Source: Candidatus Spongiisociaceae bacterium (GTDB lineage Bacteria; Actinomycetota; Acidimicrobiia; Spongiisociales; Spongiisociaceae). Taken from it: a stretch of DNA of 64,000 nucleotides. Shown here piece after piece: positions 1 through 10,425 of this stretch. Location of the stretch: contig OZ253564.1 in the NCBI GenBank assembly GCA_965262915.1, forward strand, positions 1,024,001 to 1,088,000, written 5' to 3'. Numbering within the stretch: the stretch's first letter is position 1; each line of letters opens with the position of its first letter. A program made the position numbers and the translations under genes. The notes below the pieces were generated by a model, which worked only from the letters and a program-made list of their open reading frames with translations, was not told where the DNA came from and did not search any database.

Positions 1-1314
1 TTTCGCTCGAGCGAGGGGGTGGTGTTTGGGTAGGGAGAGTTTTTGGAACCAGCGGACCAGGGTGTCGGCGAGGGCGACTATGTGGAGCCAGAGCCGGTTA
101 GGAGCGTATTTGGTGAATGGGAAACGGTTTCCGCCTTGGTCTTTGACGCGGGCGATGTGGTTCTCGACTCGGGCGTGGGCGCGCATGTCGCGGTCGGATT
201 CGGGGGCGGGTGGGGGTTGGTCGGTCCAGTGTCCCCAGTAGCGGTAGCCCTCGGAGTCGAACAGGGACCGTTTCGCGCCGGGGTGGCGGGGTTCGCGTCT
301 GATGACGAGTCGGAGGCCTTTGGGCCATCTGTAGGCTTTGACGTGGTCGGTGAGTTCGATCACATGGGCACGAACCGGCTTAGGTTCCAGATCTTCGGTT
401 GTGTTGTCGGAGCGGACAGCGTCGGGTCCCACCTCTGGGTTGTCAACCTTGGTCCGGTTGTCTCTGTTGTTGTTTTGGGGTGGGCTGGGTTGGGGAAGGG
501 CGGGCTGCCAGCGTGGGTCGTCTACGGGGATGTGGCTGAGGGCTTCGGCAATCCCGTCGGATCTTCGAGCAACGAAACTGAACCCGATGTTACGTTTGTG
601 GCATTCGGTAGCGAACGCGGGTCCCGCGGCAGAGTCGGCCCGGACCCGGATCCGATAAGCCACCCGCTCGGGGTCGTCACCCGGCGAGTGACCCACCCGC
701 ATCCGCTCAGGCAATGCCTCCACCGCCGCGTCCAGCACGTCGGCCAGGTCAGAAACCTGATTGGGCGCGGCGTTACCTCGCCGCAGCCGAGCAGCGAGCG
801 GCTCGCCCGTCCAGTCCGCGAAGCAATACATGGGATGGAACCCGTACTTGCGGTTATAAGTCGGCGCGGCGCTCTCCTTGTTCTCCGAATGGACCTCATG
901 AACCGACGAATCGATATCCAAGATCACCGTCTCGTCCGCCGGATAGTCAGCCCACACCCTCTCCCGGACCCTGGCCATCGCCCCGGCCAGCCTCTCCAAG
1001 GTCCCCTCATCCGCTTGGGTCAGGGTCCGGTACAAAGTCGAGTCCGACGCCACCCGACCGAACAACCCCCGCTGGGAACGCAACGTCTCGATGTCAGTGC
1101 AAGCCTCCCCACCCCCGGCCAACACCAGCATCAAATGAACCAACAACCTGCCCCGATCATGAACCACCCCCGAAGAACCGAACGCTTCCCCCAGCACTTC
1201 GCCCACCCGCATACGATCCGCGAACCGGCCCAACAACCACAACCCCACATGACCTACCTGGCCGCCACCCCCCACCTCGACCCTCAACGCCAAACTGCTG
1301 TTAGCCTTCACCAT
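1..1314 (-). CDS. IS1380-family DDE transposase (3' end outside window)
   Basis: Both ends translated by hand: ATG at 1314 after AGGAGG gives MVKANSSLALRVEVGGGGQVGHVGLWLLGRFADR. The same frame at the left edge reads AHARVENHIARVKDQGGNRFPFTKYAPNRLWLHIVALADTLVRWFQ, typical of IS1380 C-termini. Confidence 0.85.
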   Translation of the reverse strand, partial: MVKANSSLALRVEVGGGGQVGHVGLWLLGRFADRMRVGEVLGEAFGSSGVVHDRGRLLVHLMLVLAGGGEACTDIETLRSQRGLFGRVASDSTLYRTLTQADEGTLERLAGAMARVRERVWADYPADETVILDIDSSVHEVHSENKESAAPTYNRKYGFHPMYCFADWTGEPLAARLRRGNAAPNQVSDLADVLDAAVEALPERMRVGHSPGDDPERVAYRIRVRADSAAGPAFATECHKRNIGFSFVARRSDGIAEALSHIPVDDPRWQPALPQPSPPQNNNRDNRTKVDNPEVGPDAVRSDNTTEDLEPKPVRAHVIELTDHVKAYRWPKGLRLVIRREPRHPGAKRSLFDSEGYRYWGHWTDQPPPAPESDRDMRAHARVENHIARVKDQGGNRFPFTKYAPNRLWLHIVALADTLVRWFQKLSLPKHHPLARAK

Positions 1315-1437
1315 ACGGGTGCCCTCCTGACTGCGACCATGGACGATTACTTCACCGCCCATAATCGCAGGTCAGAAGGGCATTCCCGTGTCAAACCACC
1401 CACCCCCACCACCAACCCCATGAAGAATTGGGGCTAG
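1..1437 (-). mobile_element. IS1380-family insertion sequence (extends beyond the left window edge), inserted in jetC
   Basis: Contains a minus-strand transposase. Terminus ATGAAGAATTGGGGCTAG (1420-1437) resembles the end at 21762-21777. JetC-like coding resumes immediately after it. Confidence 0.85.
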
Positions 1438-3980
1438 TAAGCGAGGCCGGCGTGGAGGCGCCGACGCTGATCGCCTGGACAGATGATCGCCTCGACGAAG
1501 ACGCGCCCCTCCCCAGCGACCATGAGGACGAACACGCCCGCCTGCTCTCCGAGATGGACAAACTCGCCGAACACTGGCAAGCGGCCGTGGCAGAGATCGA
1601 TCAGCGAATGTCGGTGCAACGGGCGGCCGTTGAAGAGGCGCAAGCGCTCGTTGCCGAACTGATGGGTCGGACCCGGCTCGATCCGCTCCGCCTCGGCTGG
1701 CAGATCGCAGGAGAGTACTGCCTGGCCGATCTCCTCGACTTCGCGCCGAACCTCGACGACGCCGTGCAGGCCGGCATTGAGGCTGCCCTCGAGTCCTCCG
1801 GGCTACTGTCGGCGCGACTGATCGATAACACCACCGCCGAACTGGCGAGCGGAGAGTTGGTCGCCATCGTGGCCGGCGGCGTACCGAGCCCGCTGAGCGA
1901 CTACCTCACGGTGCAGGTTCCTGATCGGCTCGTCGGCGAGGTCGACGAGGGTTTGGTCGCGAAACTACTCGACTCGATCTCGTGGGACATCCGGACCGAC
2001 GCCGCCAACGTCATAGCCCCGGACGGAAGCTTCCGGTTGGGGTCGTTGCGTGGTCGGCACTCCAAGCCGCGAGCGGGGTTTATCGGCCCGACCGCCCGTC
2101 TCGCAGCGCTCGATCGCGCCCGGATCGAAGCGACCGAACGCTTGACCCAGGCCTGCTCGCTTGTGGCCGGCAGTGAGGCCGAGTTAGCCGAACACAAGTC
2201 GACACTCGGCAAGGTCAGCCAGCACCGATCGATTCTCCCTACCACCGGCGGGATCATCCGAGCGGAGGCCGAAGCCGAGGCCTCCTATGTGGATTCGGCC
2301 AATGCCGACGCTGAGAAGGCCGAGGCGCTCGAGCGACTCGCCGCGGCGGACAGGGCTTCGGCCGGTGCGTGGGACGCGCTCCGGCGGGTGGCGATGACCC
2401 TCTCGCTTCCCACCGACCCCAAGGGTCTCGACGCGGTATGCGGTGAACTGCGCGAGTTGCGGTCGGTTCTGGAAAGGTGCTGTTCATATCTCGACGTTGT
2501 GAAACGATCGGTGCACCACTGGCGCAGCGCAGCCGGGCGCTGGGGGGCGGCCACCGACGATCTCGACGCAGAACGAGTCGCCCTGGGCGATGTGGAGACC
2601 AGGCTAGAGCGTGAACGAGTCCGTCTCGCAACTATCGAGAAGAGCATCGGAAGGGACTACGCGGTTGTTGTCAGCGAACGCGACCGGCGCAAGAAAGATC
2701 TGGAGGAATTGGAGGCCCGCCTGCCCACGACCCGCGGCAAGCGTGACCTGGCTGTCGATCTGCGTGCGGAGTCGCAAGCCGCGGCGAGTATCGCTACCAC
2801 CAAGCGAGTGGGTGCCGAGCGACGATGCGATGAAATGCGGTCGTCGCTGACCGGGGTACTGGCGACACCGGGACTGCTCGACAGCCTTGGCGACCCGGTT
2901 GCACCGGCCGGGCGGATCGTTGCTCGATCCGCCGGTTCCGACGGACTGCGCGAGGTGCTCCTGGCTGTTGAGCGTGTCCTACCCGACGGTCCGGCCGAGC
3001 CCACCAGTGCCGCCGGCGTTCGTCAATCGCTGATGCGGCGGCGGGACACCCTTGGGGCGGGCTGGGACGCCGAAGCCCGCCGGCCCGATCCGACGCTGCC
3101 GCTCCTCATCGAGGTAACCGGTCCGCTGGGCAAGGCGCCGCTGGCGGATTCGGTGCGGGTTGTCTCACAACAGCACCAGCAACTGTCGAGTCTGCTCGAT
3201 CGTAAGCAGAGCGACGCGTTGCGCGGGCTGCTACAGGGCATGATCGCACGCGAGATCGCCGAGAAGATCCACGGCGCGGGGCGCTTGGTGGAACTGATGA
3301 ACAAGCGGCTCCGTCCTGTTACGACCGCTCATCAGGTCGGGGTACGGTTGCGGTGGCGACGATCCCCCGAACTCGACCAGACCACTGCTCGCATGGTCGA
3401 TCTGCTATCCAAACGGCCCGACCTGCGGACCGAAGAGGAGGAGATCGAACTACGCCGAGCACTCTCGGAGCGTCTGGACGAAGCCCGGGTGCTGGAACCC
3501 GATGTTCCGTACCGGCAGCTCATCGCGGACACCCTCGATTACAAGGGGTGGCATGACATGTCGGTCATGGTGAGACGTTCGGGCAGCAGGGAGACGAAGC
3601 TCGGCCGCAGGACACCGCTGTCGGAGGGCGAGAAGAAACTGGTAACCTATCTCCCGCTCTTCGCGGCCGTAGCTGCGTCATACGACGCGCTGGCCGAGCA
3701 GCACAGCACCCCCGAAGGTTCACCGCCCGGTATCGCCAGATTCATCCTCCTGGACGACGCGTTTGCCAAGGTGTCGGAGGACAACCACGCGGCTCTGTTC
3801 GGGTTGCTCGTCGAACTCGATCTCGACCTGGTGGCGACCAGCGAGCGACTGTGGGGCACGCATCCGGAGGTGCCGGAACTGGCGATCACCGAGGTAGTGC
3901 GTGATGCGGCGCTGGGAGTGATCCTGCTGGATCACTACCGCTGGCAGGGCGGCGCTCTCCAACTGGTACGAGCGTCTTGA
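1438..3980 (+). pseudogene. jetC: C-terminal part of TIGR02680-family SMC-like ATPase (Wadjet type II JetC), N-terminus cut off by the IS
   Basis: Long coiled coil, signature LSEGEK, Walker B region FILLDDAFAKV and TSERLWG. No Walker A is present and the ORF-track start lies inside the IS end. Confidence 0.8.
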
Positions 3981-5554
3981 CGGGGAAGCTGAACGATGCC
4001 GGAACTGGCGGCCTCCCGGGTTCCGGCGGCGATGCAGCCCGGGCCCGGCAGCTGTTTCGGTATCTGGGGGGTGAGGAGTGGCGGGAGTACCGGGTGATCG
4101 TCGGGGTCTTCGCCGGTACGTTCTTCATGGAGTTCACACCGGACGAGGTTGCGGCCGAGCCCACCGTTGTCGCCGCCGGCGTCGATCCGGCGGTGGTTCC
4201 GGACAGGTTGGAAAGCCTCCGCCGGTGGGGGAACCTTACGGTGTCATCCTCGGTCGGTAACCCCTCCAGTCTCGACGACTATTACCGGAGACGCAACCGA
4301 TACCTGATCACCCGGGCCGGTCAAGAGGTATACGACCTTACCGAACGCGTGCTGACCGGAATCGACGAGATCGCCGACGTTCAGGCGGGCCGCCTTCGCG
4401 ACCTGCACCGCGCCCTGAGTGAACTGGGAGACCATGGCGATACGGGATTCGAATACGTGGAGAGCGAGATTCTCGCCGACCGGGTGCGCACAGTGTTCGA
4501 TGTCCACGAGCGGTTCACTACCGAACTAACGCAGTTCTTCGCCGAACTGAACCTATGGCAGAGCCGCTACGACCTCAACGCCGATGAGGTCCAGCTCTTT
4601 GCCGGGGTTCTCGTTACCTACGTTTCCGAACAACTCCGGGAGATCGAACGCATGGTACGGCCCATCTCCATCAGCCTCGAGCGGATCCTTCCCCGGCTCG
4701 CTTCCCTGCTCCCTGCTCTGCAAAGTGGCCTGGCGATTCGTGTGGACCATGCCGGCCTCGCCGATACGGTGAGCGTGCGGAGGTTGCCAGGGACGACCAC
4801 CGAGGACTGGGAGCGTCTGGCGGCGTGGTTCGTCACCGGTTCGGGACGGGCGTCACGGCTGGATCAACTCACCCACCAGGCGGTGGCTGCGGTGCGTACC
4901 CTCACCGCCAACGTGACCCGCCTGTCGCGCGTCGGGCTCGGGGCGATATCAAGGCGCGCCGACTTCGTACGGCTCGCCCGCTTCTTCGACCAGGCTGCTT
5001 CGATCCGGGAGACACACCAGATCGCCGCCGCTGCGTTCGGGCTCGGCTCGTGCCGCCGCCTAGCAATGCTGTCCAGCGACGCCGACGACCCGGCGCCCAC
5101 CGTCACGCCTTGGCGCGATGCTCCCCGCGCCGTCGTCCCGATACCGCTCCGAATCCGCGGCGACACCGGTCAGCGGGGGCGGGCGACACCGATTCGTGAC
5201 CGGCGGCGAGAGCGCGATCTGCTGCGCCGTCGTCGCGAGCTGGACCGGGCCGCACGCGAGACGGCCGCCTCCGGACTCCTGGCGTGTGCTGGCGAGGATG
5301 GCTGGATAGCCGGCGCGTCGATGTCGGTCGCCTCCTTCTCGATGCTGCGCGACCTCATCAGCCGATCCGGATTCGGGACCGGGGTAGGGGCGGGTGTGCG
5401 CAGTGCCACCCATCTCGGGGTCCGCTGCGAAGTTCGTCGGGTCGCCGGCGCGGAAACGGCTGTCGACTGTCCTGAGGGGCGGTTCGTGATGAGGGACCTG
5501 GTCGTTACGGTTTCGGCCGACGACCAGCCCGATCGTGCCGGAGCCTCGACTTGA
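3977..5554 (+). CDS. jetA: TIGR02677/DUF2397 family protein (Wadjet type II JetA)
   Basis: Motifs LFRYL, RLESLRRWGNL, YYRRRNRYLIT, SRRADFVRLARFF and PWRDAP. TTG start overlaps the jetC stop. Confidence 0.8.
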   Translation: MTGKLNDAGTGGLPGSGGDAARARQLFRYLGGEEWREYRVIVGVFAGTFFMEFTPDEVAAEPTVVAAGVDPAVVPDRLESLRRWGNLTVSSSVGNPSSLDDYYRRRNRYLITRAGQEVYDLTERVLTGIDEIADVQAGRLRDLHRALSELGDHGDTGFEYVESEILADRVRTVFDVHERFTTELTQFFAELNLWQSRYDLNADEVQLFAGVLVTYVSEQLREIERMVRPISISLERILPRLASLLPALQSGLAIRVDHAGLADTVSVRRLPGTTTEDWERLAAWFVTGSGRASRLDQLTHQAVAAVRTLTANVTRLSRVGLGAISRRADFVRLARFFDQAASIRETHQIAAAAFGLGSCRRLAMLSSDADDPAPTVTPWRDAPRAVVPIPLRIRGDTGQRGRATPIRDRRRERDLLRRRRELDRAARETAASGLLACAGEDGWIAGASMSVASFSMLRDLISRSGFGTGVGAGVRSATHLGVRCEVRRVAGAETAVDCPEGRFVMRDLVVTVSADDQPDRAGAST

Positions 5555-6672
5555 CCGGAGCACACGCGGTTCGCGCTGCGGCCCGCCACCTCGTTGCCCA
5601 GCCGCTGGTACTCGGCGAGCGCGATCCCGAGACCTTCCGCCGCATCCGGCGGCACGAGCACACGTTGGACCGCTGGTTCACCCAGCGCTTCGGGTACCGG
5701 CTGCAGGTCACCGCCGATACGGCCCGCCTGTTCAAATCAGCGGTTGTAGCCGGACGGCGCCCGCTCCGTACGGCAACCCGGCAGAGCCGGCCGTTCTCGC
5801 AACGTGAATACACCATGCTCGCCCTCACCCTGGCGGCAGTTGCAGCGGGACCGGACGTGATCAGCCTTCGTCTTCTCGTACATAAGATCCGCTCCATGGC
5901 GACGGACGCCGGTGTGATCCTCACCGGAGAGGCGGCTGACCGCCGTGCTCTGATCACATCGCTGAGATGGATGATCCGAAACGGCATAGCGACCGAGATG
6001 CACGACCGTGTAGACCGCTACATCACCGACGATTCAGCGGATGCGGTGCTACGTATCCGTCCGGACCGGGTAGCGCTCCTGCCCCTTCCGGTGCTGTCAC
6101 GGTCGGAGATGGTGGGGGAGTTGCTCAACCGCTCCGATAGCAGACGGTCGTCACGGGCGTGGATGCGATCCATCCTCCTGGAAGAGCCCGTGCTGTACCG
6201 CACGGACCTCACCGACCGAGAGTGGGCGGAACTCCGACGACGGCTGGGCGAGGAGTCGGCGATCTTCGACGAGATGTTCGGGATGGAGATCGAGGCCCGC
6301 GCCGAGGGTCTCATGGTGATCGATCCCGACGGCGGTTCGACAGACAGCTGCTTTCCGCGCGGCGGCACCGTCGGCCATGCGGCGCTCCTGCTCATTGATC
6401 TGCTCCTGAAGATGGACCGGAGTTCGTTCGAGCGAGGCGAGGTTGTCGATGCGGTCTCGGGCCTGGTCGACGAGTATCGCCGGTACTGGTCAAAACTGGC
6501 CGACCATCGGGATCGTCTCACCGAAGCAGTGCTCGAGTTGCTCCAGGATCACCGTCTCGCAGAGGTCACCGGAGACGGTGTGCGTATCCTTCCCGCTGCC
6601 TGGCGCTACTCCGTAGCGATCGAATACGAGCAGGACAAAGAGGCCTCTACCGACCAGATGGCGCTTCTGTGA
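5551..6672 (+). CDS. jetB: TIGR02678/DUF2398 family protein (Wadjet type II JetB)
   Basis: Motifs AARHLVAQPL, WFTQRFGYRL, ARLFK, LLEEPVLY, EARAEG and FP-GGT. Start overlaps the jetA stop. Confidence 0.8.
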   Translation: MTGAHAVRAAARHLVAQPLVLGERDPETFRRIRRHEHTLDRWFTQRFGYRLQVTADTARLFKSAVVAGRRPLRTATRQSRPFSQREYTMLALTLAAVAAGPDVISLRLLVHKIRSMATDAGVILTGEAADRRALITSLRWMIRNGIATEMHDRVDRYITDDSADAVLRIRPDRVALLPLPVLSRSEMVGELLNRSDSRRSSRAWMRSILLEEPVLYRTDLTDREWAELRRRLGEESAIFDEMFGMEIEARAEGLMVIDPDGGSTDSCFPRGGTVGHAALLLIDLLLKMDRSSFERGEVVDAVSGLVDEYRRYWSKLADHRDRLTEAVLELLQDHRLAEVTGDGVRILPAAWRYSVAIEYEQDKEASTDQMALL

Positions 6673-7904
6673 AGGATCGCCGCGTTCCCGACTCGCTCCT
6701 GGATCCGGGCCTCGCGCAGGTATGGGAGGCGGTTCGTCGACAGCTAGACCGCTTCGGAAGTCGGCGGCGCGGCTCAATCGCTCGACCCGATCTAGACCCG
6801 AGCAATAACCTCACCCTTCGGTCACTGCTCGGACACAAGCCGACCAGTCGGCTCGACCTTGCAGAACTTGAGGAGGCGCTCGTAAGGCTCAACATCGGCG
6901 AGAACCTGTCTGATGCACTAACCTGTCTCGGTCACCCACCATCCGAAGATGCGGCGCGGCGGCGTGCCGCACGGTTGCGCTCGCGGGAGGCCCGAGACAC
7001 GTTGAGCCGTGGGGTCGTGCTCTGGGACGAGCCATGGGTACCTCAATGGGCCGACGAGATGGTCCGCACCAGAGTGATCGGAGACCTCGACAGTCAAGGC
7101 GTCGAAGATTTGATGGCCGATGTGCGGCGTTTTCTCGATTATCTTGGCTGCATCGAGCTGTCGGGTATCAGCCGAACCGAACTCGCCGCGACCCTCTTCG
7201 GGTCCGCCCATGCTCTTGACGTAGGGACGAAGCGAGCGGCGGCCATAACTCAAGCGCTGCGCTACCGGGAAGAAGGAGGCTTCCAGCTCGAACGCCGAGC
7301 TCTGTGGGGGGTGGCCGGCATCCTGCCGCTCCGCGTGTCAGCACCGGTGCTCACCTGGCATTTGCCGGCCGCGGGCGGAACAGTCCTCGGCGAGCTGACC
7401 CGGTCGGCGTCCGCCGGAGGGCTCCCGCTCCATATAAGCCTGTTCGCCCTACAGAGGTATCCCATCACCGTTCCGCAACAGACACAGGTCCTCGTCGTCG
7501 AGAACCCGCGGCTCGTCGAAGCCGCCGCCGAACGTAGGCTGCCAAGCTGTGTCATCACGTCGAATGGGAATCCCACCAAAGCGGTTATGACACTGTTGCA
7601 ACAATTGCGCGAGTCGGGGGCGTCGATCTGGTATCACGGTGACTTCGATGCGGCCGGAATAGACATCTGCAGCCGAATGTACAAAGGTGGCGCCACGCCG
7701 TGGATGATGGACGCTTCGGACTACGAAGATGCCATCGATCTGGCCGAACAAGAGGGTACACGACTCGAGCGCGATCCCGACGATTGCGGATCCACACCTT
7801 GGGATCCCGAGTTACGAGCCGTCTTCAGGAGCCACCAACGCGTCATCCACGAGGAGTTCGTCCTCGACATCGTTCTCGACAGGTTCAGTAAGGAGCGGCG
7901 GTAG
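6669..7904 (+). CDS. jetD: TIGR02679 (DUF3323+DUF2399) Toprim nuclease (Wadjet type II JetD)
   Basis: AHALD motif and Toprim motifs VVENP and YHGDFDAAG. GTG start overlaps the jetB stop. Confidence 0.85.
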   Translation: MKDRRVPDSLLDPGLAQVWEAVRRQLDRFGSRRRGSIARPDLDPSNNLTLRSLLGHKPTSRLDLAELEEALVRLNIGENLSDALTCLGHPPSEDAARRRAARLRSREARDTLSRGVVLWDEPWVPQWADEMVRTRVIGDLDSQGVEDLMADVRRFLDYLGCIELSGISRTELAATLFGSAHALDVGTKRAAAITQALRYREEGGFQLERRALWGVAGILPLRVSAPVLTWHLPAAGGTVLGELTRSASAGGLPLHISLFALQRYPITVPQQTQVLVVENPRLVEAAAERRLPSCVITSNGNPTKAVMTLLQQLRESGASIWYHGDFDAAGIDICSRMYKGGATPWMMDASDYEDAIDLAEQEGTRLERDPDDCGSTPWDPELRAVFRSHQRVIHEEFVLDIVLDRFSKERR

Positions 7905-7908
7905 CCCG

Positions 7909-8937
7909 TCATCCCTGAGGGGAATGGGTCGAGCCTCGGAGCCGCAGAGTTGTGGGCAGCACCACTCGGCGCGGAGGCGCGTCCGCGTCCTCGAGGCGTT
8001 CCAGGGCGAGACGGGCCGCTGAGCTACCGATCTCCGCCACGTCCCGGTCGATCACGGTGATGGGCGGGTTGTGGAGCTCGGACAGGGGGACATCGTCGCA
8101 GCACACCAGGGCGATGTCCTTACCCGGTCGTATACCGCGCCGTCGGAAGGTGCGCAGCACGCCCTCCACTATCTGGTTACTGCCGGCGATCAGGGCGGTG
8201 GGTGGCCACGGCGACCGGAGCAGTTCAACCGTCAGCAACTCTCCGAACCTGGGCGCGAAACCGAGCGGTAGCACCAGATCCTCGGGATATCGAAGTCCGT
8301 ATTCGCGGTAGACCTGCCGGAAGGCCTCGACTCGGTGAATCGATGGTCTGACCTGGAGGGGGCCGGTGAGCAGGGCGATGCGTTCGTGTCCGAACTCGAG
8401 GAGGTGCCGGGTTGCTTCTCTCATTCCGCTGCGGTGATCCGTGGCCACGATGGATGCGCTTTGCAGGGCCTTCACCTCACGGTCGAGCAACACTATCGGG
8501 CCTTGGAACCGTCCTAACTCTTCGAGCACCTTGTGGTGCGTCTCGTCGGCGAGCGAGACGATCAGGGCGTCGACCTGCCTGCGTCGCAGGAGACGGGCCA
8601 TTTCCGCATCCCGATCGGGGTCGCTGCTCGAAGTTGTTATCACCGCCGCGTAACCCTGCCGACTCAGTTCGTCCTGGGCGGCTGTGACTATCGAACCGAA
8701 CAGCGGGTTCCGCAGATCCGGAACGATGAACCCGATGGTCCGGCTGCTACCTCTTCGGAGGCCGGCCGCCAGCAGGTTGGGTTCGTAGCCGAGTTCCGCG
8801 ATCGCCTCGAGTACCCGAGCCCGCATGCTCTCGCTGACATCCGGGTGGTCGTTGAGCACCCGCGACACCGAAGAGAGGGCCACCCCGGCTCACCGGGCGA
8901 CTTCCTTGATGGTGGGTCTCGCTCCGGGCGGCGTCAT
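7909..8937 (-). pseudogene. LacI-family transcriptional regulator with an in-frame TGA in the HTH
   Basis: From ATG 8937 the frame reads MTPPGARPTIKEVAR*AGVALSSVSRVLN (TGA at 8890-8892). The LacI ligand-binding domain downstream is intact. Confidence 0.8.
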
Positions 8938-9051
8938 GCGGTTCCCTTCACCACCTGATCTTGGGTGGATGGCCGGGGACCGACGGCAAGCCAGGGACAC
9001 GGGCGTATATGGCCAGGCATTCTACGATCCGGCAGACCTCTTCGGTCATTG

Positions 9052-9080
9052 CTATGATATATACATAATAGATATGTGAG
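9052..9080 (+). promoter_or_regulatory. AT-rich putative promoter/operator of mazEF
   Basis: CTATGATATATACATAATAGATATGTGAG is an AT-rich island just upstream of the GGAGG RBS of mazE. Confidence 0.4.
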
Positions 9081-9094
9081 GGGAGGTAACTCTC

Positions 9095-9334
9095 ATGGGG
9101 GCGCGCTCGCACGTTGCCAAGTGGGGTAGCAGCCTGGCTGTCCGGATTCCCAAGCCCATCGCAGAGCAATGGGGCGTTCGCGAGGGCTCGGCGATCGAGA
9201 TCGTCCCGCGTGGTGACCAAGTGGTCCTGACCAGGAGATCCCACAGCCTAGCCGAAATGATGGCTCGCGTGACCCCCGACAACCTCCACTCCGCACTCGA
9301 TACCGGTCCTCCCGTAGGCGAGGAAGGATGGTAG
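9095..9334 (+). CDS. mazE: AbrB/MazE-family antitoxin
   Basis: KWGSSLAVRIP motif and C-terminal TPDNLH...G.PVGEE.W. Overlaps the toxin gene. Confidence 0.92.
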   Translation: MGARSHVAKWGSSLAVRIPKPIAEQWGVREGSAIEIVPRGDQVVLTRRSHSLAEMMARVTPDNLHSALDTGPPVGEEGW

Positions 9335-9672
9335 AGAGGTGCTACGTTCCTGACCGGGGTAACATCGTCTGGCTGTCGTTCACGCCCCAGGTCGGACACG
9401 AACAGGCGGGCTATCGTCCTGCGTTGGTCCTGAGCCCACGGACCTACAACGAGAAGACCAGCCTGGCGCTGTTCTGTCCGATCACTTCCAAGGCTAAGGG
9501 GTATCCCTTCGAGGTCTCCCTTCCCGCCGCAACCAGCATCACCGGCGTGATCCTGTCCGACCAGATCAAGAGCCTGGACTGGCGAGCGCGACACGCCCGG
9601 TTCGCGTGTCAGGCCCCGTCCAAGGTAGTGGGCGAGGTCTTGGACAAGCTGGCCGTCTTACTGGAACCCTGA
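9328..9672 (+). CDS. mazF: MazF/PemK endoribonuclease toxin
   Basis: YVPDRG.IVW, GHEQAGYRPALVLSP, CPITS..KGYPFEV and DQIKSLDWRAR. Confidence 0.95.
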   Translation: MVERCYVPDRGNIVWLSFTPQVGHEQAGYRPALVLSPRTYNEKTSLALFCPITSKAKGYPFEVSLPAATSITGVILSDQIKSLDWRARHARFACQAPSKVVGEVLDKLAVLLEP

Positions 9673-9678
9673 TCCCTC

Positions 9679-10376
9679 CTAGGTCATCACCCAACCGCCG
9701 TTTACGTCGATGGTGGCGCCGGTCACGAAGGAGGCTCCGTCGCCGGCCAGGAAGGCCACCACACTAGCGATCTCCTCGGGTTGGGAGGACCTTCCCAGCG
9801 GGATCTGGCTGGTGTACAGGGCCCTGAGGTCATCGGGAACGTGGCTGGTCATGAAGCTCTCCACGAACCCGGGCGCCACTGCGTTGGCGGTCACACCGTA
9901 CGGTCCGTAGTTGCGGGCGAAGTTCTTGGTCAAGGAGATCATGGCCGCCCTGGTGGCGTTGTACACCGCCGAATCCGATACCCCACCGGTGCGGGCGCCG
10001 ACGCTGGATATGTTGACGATGCGGCCCCAACCGCGCTCCTTCATGCCCTCGACGAGGCCTCGGCAGATCAGGAAGTTGGCCCGCAGGTTCACCGCGATGG
10101 TGTAGTCGAAGTCGTCGACCGTGAACTCGGGAATCGGCTTGTGGAAGAAGATGGCCGCGTTGTTGACCACCACGTCCACCTCACCCACCTCGGCGACCAG
10201 GCGCTCGCACTCCGACGGCTCCGACAGGTCGATCTCTCGATGTAGCGATCGGCGTCGTCGTGCTCGTGCTCGATGATGTCGGCGCCGATGACCGCCAGAC
10301 CCTCGTTCTTGAGCGCCCTGCAGATGGCCGCGCCTATCCCGCGGGCCGATCCTGTAACGAGTGCCGTTCTGGTCAT
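9679..10376 (-). pseudogene. Frameshifted SDR oxidoreductase
   Basis: N-terminus MTRTALVTGSARGIG is in one frame and VNNAA...VTGATIDVNGG in another. The shift lies at a dinucleotide run near 10233-10238. The catalytic YxxxK reads YNATR. Confidence 0.8.
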
Positions 10377-10425
10377 TCCGCCTTCACCTCCAGTACGACG
10401 CCCACGGCGAGGACTCCGGCGGGAG

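Noticed and set aside
43-1437. 464-aa plus-strand ORF
   Set aside because: It is the antisense shadow of the minus-strand IS1380 transposase and has no family motifs.
8890-8892. In-frame TGA as selenocysteine or alternative genetic code
   Set aside because: The position is not a Cys site in LacI HTHs, and TGA is used as a normal stop throughout the window.
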